A DNA stretch of 64,000 nt from an uncultured Nitrososphaerales archaeon (lineage in GTDB: Archaea > Thermoproteota > Nitrososphaeria > Nitrososphaerales > Nitrososphaeraceae), in NCBI GenBank assembly GCA_963713605.1, contig CAVQMO010000010.1, positions 64,001 to 128,000 of the forward strand. The letters are read 5' to 3'. The notes below the pieces were generated by a model. The model saw nothing but the letters and a program-made list of their open reading frames with translations. It ran no database searches and had not been told where the DNA came from. The translations under genes were made by a program, and so were the position numbers. Positions 56,167 through 64,000 of this stretch are shown piece by piece; the stretch's first letter is position 1; each line of letters opens with the position of its first letter.

Positions 56167-56490
56167 ATTTGCAAAAGACAAAGCTCCCTAATTTCTTAAT
56201 CTATTAGGGAGATCAATCGTAACAGCTGCAGCTGCATATTCTTTGCAATTATTATTAATTATGCTATAACTACCACACAAAAATATCACTAATATGATAG
56301 TATGATGAATCAAACTCGATAATGGACTATATCTCCTGTTTTCGTCTATTTGAGGTTAAATCTACCCACAGGTCATGTCTAGAACAGTATTAGTGTGTTG
56401 ACAATAAAGTAACGGTGGGCATGATATTATTTCGTTACTATTAGGACTATTCAGTGGAGAATGCATTGTAAGGTTCATTCTTATTCATAG

Positions 56491-56946
56491 TCATTCATTT
56501 TCGTCGCTATTTTCATCTTGATCCTCTCCCTCATTATTATTGTCGCTGTTCCCATTCACCTCATCTTCTGCACCCTCTTCGGCTTCCGCTTCATCTTCAT
56601 CAGTACCTGGGGGAGTAACGATGTCCGGAGACGTAGGGGAAGGAACTCCAGTAGAAGTAGTTTCTTCGCCTGTAGATAATATCCTGTAGAGACTTCCTTG
56701 TCCTTCTGTGCCTCGATCATAAGCGAGAATATACAAATTACCATCAGGACCAGTCTCTATATCATTGATTCCCATGAAACCCGTCTCAAATGTAACAGCT
56801 GATATTTCGTCGTCACTATCTGCGATTAGATCACTTAACAAGGGATCATTTTCCAAATTCAAACCAGTTCTATTAGCATTTGGTTCAAAGTAAAAAAGTG
56901 TGCCAGTGGTTATATCTCCTACAAAAATACCATTTTCATAACGCAT
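56491..56946 (-). pseudogene. C-terminal fragment of a GSDH/PQQ dehydrogenase
   Basis: IFVGDI..LFYFE..DLIAD..GFMGINDIETGPDGNLYIL with acidic tail; no 5' part upstream. Confidence 0.85.
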
Positions 56947-57131
56947 AGAAACAAACTAATTTGACTCGACAAAATTCGATTTCGTCATAGGGATCGGTCA
57001 TCGTCATGCTAAATAACTGGATTGAAGTATACATTTCTATAGATACTACGATGGGAAACTTCAGCATACTGTTACGATTGCCTTTTGTTCCTAAACAGGT
57101 TTTAGTAATAAGCCAACTTGCTAAGAGTTTA

Positions 57132-58152
57132 TCAATCGTTACAAATAACACAATCTTACCTTTGACTGAGCCGCTTGCTAGTAATTCATGAGCCTGAGCA
57201 GCCTGATTCAGAGGCATCCTTGCTGCAACAATAGGTTTGATCTTCTCTTGATTTAGTAAATTTAATAATAAAATTAAATCTTCATGGAACCAATCTGGCT
57301 TTAGCCTTTTTAGCGTTTGTATGCTATATAACATAAAATTTTTGTTGTCGGGAACCAGATTCAAGGTAAACATCATCAACCATTCTTGGAGGTCTGTAGT
57401 CGGTGTGCCTCCATAAGCGACTAATCTACCACCACTACGAAGAATCTCATATGAGGACTTTAGCGATTTTCCTCCAATGCCATCGAATACAGCATCTACA
57501 CCTTCCTTACCATTTTGATCATGACTAGTAAGTTTGATAACCTCTTGAACTAAATCGACTGACTTGTAATCTATAGGGATACCACCTAAATTAGATACAA
57601 TACCATTTTTTTCATATGATGTAGTTCCATACATTTTTTTCAGATTAGCAACTTCCCCAATTGGAGTAGTGCTGTGCCAACACCGCCGGCAGCACCGCCA
57701 TTAATTAATATGCTTTCGCCAGGTTGCATGTGGGTACAACGATGGAGCATCTGATAAGCAGTGATATAATTCAACACTAAACTTACAGCCTCAGCATGAT
57801 CAAGTCCAGGTGGGACTGGTACCAGGTCATCTGGTGACAGAAATATATATTCTACATATCCTCCGACTATTGGTAAAGCAGCGACCATCTGACCTGCTTG
57901 CCATGTTGATATTTTGTCTCCTACTTTGTCAACAACGCCGACAACATCCCATCCTGGAGTAAATGGTGTTCTTCCAAGATTCCAAGATTCCGGATGAACC
58001 CCTTTTCGCATAAGAATATCTGCAAAGGACACTCCTGCAGCAAGCACCTTTACACGCACTTCATTAGCTTGTGGTTCAAGAAGCTCATCCTCAGCTAGTA
58101 AGAGATTCTCTGGTCTACCGAATCTAGGTAGTACAATATGCTTATACTTCAT
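57132..58152 (-). CDS. Medium-chain dehydrogenase/reductase (quinone-oxidoreductase-like); frameshifts
   Basis: VKVLAAGVSFAD, PFTPGWDVVG, NYITAYQML, GAAGGVGTA, FDGIGG, GKIVL. Confidence 0.9.
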
Positions 58153-58872
58153 TATGATGCAGTGGTAGTAGCCAAACTAGGCTTAAAGGTGTAAAGTGGT
58201 GATAAAATCATCATGGACAGAATTATGAGGCAGCCAATTAAAGTAGTAGAATTAGAAAAAGGCTTAGAATTCAAGATACGGTAAGATACATGCAATACTT
58301 CTAAATAAATATACTATCGCTTGTTTGAATCACCTGTACTTATGTGACTATGATATATGGGAGACGTGGTAAAAATATTGACGTAATTTGGGGATGACAT
58401 ATGACCATCAAAGATTGGCAGTCTTTATTAGGGACAGGCGGTAGACTTTTAACGTGTCTTTTTGAGAATCCTGGTCATGACCTTGTTAGCATGCTCCGAA
58501 GTGGAAAATCTGATTATTATATCAAGAAACATATAATTGAGAATATTTCATTCAATTGCTCTTGAAATTTACTGTAAAGTTCTGTATCCTCTCTCTTATC
58601 GAAACTAACATTTCCTACCTTTTCTACATTTCCTATTGCTTTATCAAGCTCTGATAAACCAATAGTACATTCCGCTAATCTGTTTGTCAAGAAGAACACA
58701 GAAGAAAGAAGATAAATACAATCGTACAGGTGTAGATTATATTTCAGGTATGGTTCAGCCCTATCGAACGAATTAAGAGGCGACACGTACGATATGGTAA
58801 TTTATACTTAAATATGCATGAAGGAGAATTTGATATGTTGAGTGGAATGGAACTATTGAATGGAGGTCGTAA

Positions 58873-59542
58873 ATGACACCTAAAATACTTTCTATCAATG
58901 TTTCTCTCCCTAAAGAAATAGATTTTGAAGGACAGAAGGTAACAACAGGTATTTTCAAGGAGCCTATTGAGGGACGTATAATGTTAAGAACACTTAATCT
59001 AGATGGTGACAAACAAGCAGATTTAACAGTTCATGGTGGTCCAGATAAGGCGGTATATGCATATCCGATAGAACATTATGAATTCTGGCGTAAAGTTTAT
59101 CCTGACATGGAGATGCCAAATGGGATGTTTGGAGAGAACTTTACAATAGAGGGTCTGATGGAAATCGATGTTAATGTAGGTGATATTTTTAGAATAGGAT
59201 CTTCAAAGGTTGTTGCAACTCAACCTAGAATGCCATGTTATAAACTCGGTGTAAAATTTGGACGTATGGATGTCCTCAAAAAGTTTCTAGCAAGTGGTCG
59301 TTCAGGAATTTATTTCAAAGTGTTAAAAGAGGGAGAGGTTGGTGCAGGAGATTGTAATAGTCCGAATAAAGAATGATTCTAATCGAGTCGGCATTGGAGA
59401 CATTGTAAGATTGTACGCAAGTGACAGAGAAGATATCAAGACAATGCGACGTGCTGTCAAAGTTGAAGCTTTGCCTGAAGGATGGAAACACTATTTTTAT
59501 GAACAAATTAGACGAGTAGAAAAAAAGTTAGGTCAAAGGTAA
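58873..59542 (+). CDS. MOSC-domain protein with 3-alpha domain (YiiM-like); frameshift at ~59350
   Basis: GDKQADLTVHGGPDKAVYAY, FGENFT, TQPRMPCYKL, GRSGIY. Confidence 0.92.
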
Positions 59543-59658
59543 CTCCTGTGAATGAAAATAGAAATGAGAAATAGGATGAATTCAATACGCATGACATAGA
59601 AGAACAACAACCAGATCCGCTGGGATATCATGGATAAAAAAGCTACTCTCACTGATAG

Positions 59659-60310
59659 CTATGGTAGAATTGCACTCTTGTACTTGAGTATGCCCAGCAC
59701 ATAACCAGTAGCCAAAAGAATCCCTCGTTCTGTACCTACGGCACGAACAGGGCTAGAAAATAATGAGCCTACTGCCCATGAAATAGAGCTGATGATCAGT
59801 AAAACGACACCAGTCCAGCTAGATTCCTCTGATTCTAGAGTAGGAAGAACTAAAATGATTAATCCTACAAATCCAGCAGTAATGCCTGCTATGCTTAGTC
59901 TAGTGGGTTTTTTCCCAAGAAACAGCAACATGAATATTGCTACCCAAATTGGTATGGTGGAATTGATTAGAGACTGCGGCTCCTGAAGACAAGTACTGAG
60001 CCCCTAATGCGAGTATTCCCTGTCCCCCCACAATAAAGAATAGGGCTGATAATAACCAGCCTTTCCAGAGTTGTTTATTTTTGATCTGAATACTCTGGTA
60101 GTCTTTTTTATTGGAACGACGATAATCAGTATGAAGCAAGATATAATGAGTGGCTACTAACAATACACCTGCGATGAAAAAACGCATTCCAAATGAAGCC
60201 AGTGGTTCAACTTCATCAACGATAATCTTGATCGCGATAAAGCTCGATCCCCACAGAAGTGATAACATCATGATAGCTACTAACACTACGGTTAATTGCG
60301 AGTGATGCAT
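59659..60310 (-). pseudogene. EamA/DMT transporter, frameshifted and 3'-truncated
   Basis: LLWGSSFIAIK, MRFFIAG, ISSISWAVGS; ends partway into the second repeat. Confidence 0.8.
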
Positions 60311-60719
60311 CAGAGTGCTATCGAATCCTTCATTATATTTGTTTTATTGATGAATTATATAGTTGCAAATTTGCTAATTTGACTTTTTGTTGGATCGGTG
60401 AACATAGCTAATAAATTACCTAAGATTTAATGATAGAAAATAATTAGTAGACCAATTGTGCTACTTGGAATTAAAATGTACGATCAATTGGTCATTTACA
60501 AACTATAAGAGTAGGGATATTAGACCAGTTGGGATCCAAAAAATGTATATCGAACCGCAGGTAGTACATTTTAAAATCTGGCAACTGCTAGTCAACATAA
60601 CGTAGCGACTAGATCGACTTAGATGGTTGGCAGGTAGGAAAACGTCAACTAGATGGATATACATTTTAATGTAGTCACCGTCAAAATTTTTATAGTGTAG
60701 AAAAAAGGTATATTATAAA

Positions 60720-60962
60720 TTGAATCCACAATTATCCAAGGCTATTTTTGGGATAGGGTTTGCGTTGTCTGTCGCATCAGTAGCAACTGTCTATGTCATG
60801 ATGCTGGCTACACAGAATCAGAACTTAAATACGCAGGCTAATCCCACCTCTCAACAACCTGCGCCAACGAATTCTAATACTGGCATAAATACCTCAACAA
60901 CAATTGCAATACCTAATGGAGCGGCGGTAGGTATTTATCAAATACCTAATTTTGTACTATAG
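60720..60962 (+). pseudogene. Membrane-anchored protein N-terminus, possibly a truncated cupredoxin
   Basis: TM, Asn/Thr/Gln linker, TTIAIPNGAA, then stop; no Cu ligands present. Confidence 0.4.
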
Positions 60963-61349
60963 TGACTATGATTATGATATTTCCACCAGAACACTACAAT
61001 ACTGTTATTTCAGTATTGCTCTAGTCTTAATAAAGAGAGACATCCTTAAAGTATTTCTAAAAAGCCTTAGACGCAAAAAAGAGAATTACGTTTAGTACAT
61101 TAAACAGGTTCAGACTCATAAAAATCTGATATGTACTCTGTTAGAACTCCTAGAGAGAATTTAACGCATTGTCTAGCACTCATCATCGGACCACACTCGT
61201 CTAACTGTCATGAGCGTTTTCGTACTTACAGAGATTTGTGAGAGCCATCTCTTTAGGACAGCATGTCGGATATAAATCAGAACCTCAGGCAGCCTCAGCT
61301 ATTTATTATTAGTACTACACTTATCACGGCGTATTTGAAACAGCCATAA

Positions 61350-63566
61350 CTATTTTGAAGCTTGTTGTAAGGAGTACGCTTTCTTCAATTCGTCAGAGGT
61401 ATAGATCCTTGCTTCTTTTTGTTTCCTATCTCCAAACTTTGGCTTGTATCTTCCAAGCAGTATTGAGTTTCCTACCACTGTCACTGAGCTCATTGCCATT
61501 GCTACTCCAGCTAACATAGGAAGCCATCCAAATATCCCAACACCTAGAAAAGGTACCAAGACACCTCCAGCTATCGGAATTAATCCAGCATTATATGCAA
61601 ATGCCCAGAATAGATTTTGCTTTATCTTGGATACAGTCTTCTTTCCAAGATCAAGGGCTGTAACTACATCCCTAATATCATCTTTGATCAAGATAATACC
61701 TCCAGTCTCCTTGGCAACATCCGTTCCAGAACCTATTGCAATGCCCAAATCAGCTCTTGCCAGTGCTGGTGCATCATTAATTCCATCACCTACCATCGCC
61801 ACCACTTTTCCTTCACTTTTTAGTTTAGAGATTACTCGTTCTTTTTCTTGGGGTAATACTTGAGCAATAACTCTATCAATTCCAAGCTTGGATGCAACAG
61901 CATTAGCAGTTCTTTCATTATCTCCTGTAAGCATTACCACTTCTATTCCCATTGATTTTAGTTCATCAATTGCTTCCTTAGCATTCTCTTTTATAGTATC
62001 TGCAATACCAATAATTCCTGCAAGTTTATTGTCAATTGCCACGAGTACCGCTGTTTTTCCCTGATTTTCAAGATCTTTGAGTTTCGAATCTGTAGTTGCA
62101 GTAACTTGGATATTGTTATCATCCATTAACTTTCTATTTCCGACAAGTATTGCATGATCAGCGTATCTGGCCTGAAGACCATGTCCTGATACCGCTTTAA
62201 AAATGTCGGGATTTGACACCATGATGCCTTTTTCTTTTGCATAACTAACGACTGCCTGACCTAAAGGGTGTTCAGAACCTGACTCTGCAATTGCAGCAAG
62301 TCTGAGTAGTTCTGTCTCGCCTATAGTATTAGTAAGATCTATAATATCGGTTACAGATGGTTTGCCCTTTGTCAATGTTCCAGTTTTGTCAAATACTATT
62401 GTTTTGACTTTGCGTGCTATTTCCAGATGTTCTCCTCCCTTGAATAATATACCATATTCAGCTCCCTTTCCTACACCCATCATCAACGCAGCGGGTGTTG
62501 CAATACCAAGAGCACATGGGCATGCAATAATTATCACAGATACAAATGCTAAAAGTGAAAAAGTAATGCCTATACCGCCAATAAAATACCATCCAAGGCC
62601 TACACCTATTGCAACTACTAATACTGCTGGTACGAAATATTTGGCTACCTGATCTACCAATCTCTGCATCTGTGCTTTTCCTGTTTTAGCTTCTTCTACA
62701 AGTTTGATAATTTGGGAAAGTACTGTATCCTGTCCCACTTTAGTGGCTTTGATTTTTAGCAAACCACTCTTATTTATTGTAGCACCAATAACCTCATCAT
62801 CTTTTTTCTTATCTACAGGTATGCTTTCACCTGTTACTGCAGATTCATCGACAGATGATAAGCCATATGTTACAACTCCGTCGGTTGGTATCCTCTCCCC
62901 TGGTCTTATGACCATAACATCTCCCCCTTTCACCTGTTCTATCGGAATCTCAAGTTCGACCTCTTCATTTCCTTTTCTTCTTATGACCTTGGCCATCTTT
63001 GGTTGAAGGTCTAACAATTTCCTTACAGCATCAGAGGCCTTCTCCTTTGTTCTCGTTTCAAGCAGTCTTCCAATTAGTATCAAGGTGATAATAATTGCTG
63101 CAGTTTCAAAGTATACGGACTCAAATGGGAAGTAGCCAGGAGCTATTGTTACTACTGCGCTGTATAAATAAGCGGCAGTAGTACCTATTGCAATAAGCGT
63201 ATCCATATTCGACGCTTTAGCCTTGATACCATCCCATAACCCTCTATAGAACCGCCATCCGATCCAGAATTGTAACGGTGTTGCTAATGCTAACATCACA
63301 TAATTAGTATAATTCATAATCTCCATTGGAAGTAGGTGACCAAACTGTCCAGGAAACATGTGAGGTAAACTTAAGATTACTATGGGTATTGTAAGTGCAA
63401 TACTTATAGCAACACATATCTTGAGCTTTCGTAGTTCTTTCTCGGGCTGAGCGAACTCATTTAAGCATTGATTACTGCAAAAGTAGTATATTCTGCCATC
63501 TTTGTTATACTGTATTGTATGGGGTTTTTCCTCAACAAACATGCCGCATACGGGATCTTTTGCCAT
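61350..63566 (-). CDS. copA: Cu(I)-translocating P1B ATPase with N-terminal YHS/TRASH domain
   Basis: DPVCGM..YYFCS..C, TGES, CPC, DKTGT, EHP, GDGIND, YN, MAMSS. Confidence 0.97.
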   Translation of the reverse strand: MAKDPVCGMFVEEKPHTIQYNKDGRIYYFCSNQCLNEFAQPEKELRKLKICVAISIALTIPIVILSLPHMFPGQFGHLLPMEIMNYTNYVMLALATPLQFWIGWRFYRGLWDGIKAKASNMDTLIAIGTTAAYLYSAVVTIAPGYFPFESVYFETAAIIITLILIGRLLETRTKEKASDAVRKLLDLQPKMAKVIRRKGNEEVELEIPIEQVKGGDVMVIRPGERIPTDGVVTYGLSSVDESAVTGESIPVDKKKDDEVIGATINKSGLLKIKATKVGQDTVLSQIIKLVEEAKTGKAQMQRLVDQVAKYFVPAVLVVAIGVGLGWYFIGGIGITFSLLAFVSVIIIACPCALGIATPAALMMGVGKGAEYGILFKGGEHLEIARKVKTIVFDKTGTLTKGKPSVTDIIDLTNTIGETELLRLAAIAESGSEHPLGQAVVSYAKEKGIMVSNPDIFKAVSGHGLQARYADHAILVGNRKLMDDNNIQVTATTDSKLKDLENQGKTAVLVAIDNKLAGIIGIADTIKENAKEAIDELKSMGIEVVMLTGDNERTANAVASKLGIDRVIAQVLPQEKERVISKLKSEGKVVAMVGDGINDAPALARADLGIAIGSGTDVAKETGGIILIKDDIRDVVTALDLGKKTVSKIKQNLFWAFAYNAGLIPIAGGVLVPFLGVGIFGWLPMLAGVAMAMSSVTVVGNSILLGRYKPKFGDRKQKEARIYTSDELKKAYSLQQASK

Positions 63567-63611
63567 TCTTTCTACCTTGTATATGCACCGACAGATGTAT
63601 AAGTATAGGCC

Positions 63612-63625
63612 TTTACATTTGTAAA
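63612..63625. promoter_or_regulatory. Palindrome in the copA / regulator intergenic region
   Basis: TTTACA-TT-TGTAAA. Confidence 0.6.
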
Positions 63626-63670
63626 AATATAATAGACTGAAGCAACTGTGTGAAATTCACATAGATACAG

Positions 63671-64000
63671 ATGCCTTATGAATTAGATGATTATGATGTA
63701 GCTATATACTACATGCTCTGATGAAAGATGGCCGTAAATCATTCCGTGAGATTTCTCGGGAAACTGGTATAACAACACCAACTGTTAAAGCAAGGTTTGA
63801 GCGGCTGATCAATGTAATGTAAGATCTGTCTCTCCGATTTTTGATTTTGGGGCAGTAGGAGATGATATAATGAAATCAGAATTATATGATGATGAGATCA
63901 GAAATAACAAGCCAGCAGAAAATGAAATTAAAAATAGGAAGATCTACAGCGGCACGTTGCAGAGCCAAGGAAAACTATTGCTTCAAGAAGGGATTGCTTT
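63671..64000 (+). CDS. Lrp/AsnC-type HTH regulator divergent from copA (CopR-like); frameshifted, runs off the right edge
   Basis: ELDDYDVA..LHALMKDGRKSFREISRETGITTPTVKARFERL. Confidence 0.85.

Noticed and set aside
61146..61257. Structured stretch downstream of copA, considered as a hammerhead ribozyme
   Set aside because: Stems exist (CCTAGAGAGA/TCTCTTTAGG) but the CUGANGA core is not in place.

Overview
AT-rich archaeal DNA whose gene content points to a soil ammonia-oxidising archaeon of the Nitrososphaeraceae (inference from TFB, group II chaperonin, TRAM protein, F420-dependent PPOX protein, several secreted PQQ/GSDH dehydrogenases, many small Zn-finger and secreted proteins). It reads as an accessory region. 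Many genes, including thermosome and TFB, are split by single-base indels, so most frameshifts are probably assembly errors; truncated fragments are more likely true relics. Layout: 1-16 kb, duplicated small genes, a candidate structured RNA, and relics of Ku and a terminase-like ATPase; 16-20 kb, a tandem array of secreted Cys-rich proteins with shared leaders; 20-31 kb, HiPIP-like protein, thermosome plus heat-shock-type regulator, class III cyclase, GT4 and stress proteins; 31-38 kb, inverted copies of earlier segments, a GSDH and a secreted lipase-like protein; 38-42 kb, a bacterial-type cyclase-STAND-TPR gene and an alpha/beta hydrolase; 43.7-45.2 kb, a plasmid/virus-like RHH plus orphan-ORF cassette with hairpins; 47-60 kb, a redox/detox cluster around an HxlR regulator; 61-64 kb, copA and a divergent regulator. 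No tRNA, rRNA, CRISPR array, integrase or intact transposase was recognised. All family calls come from motif recognition, not database searches.
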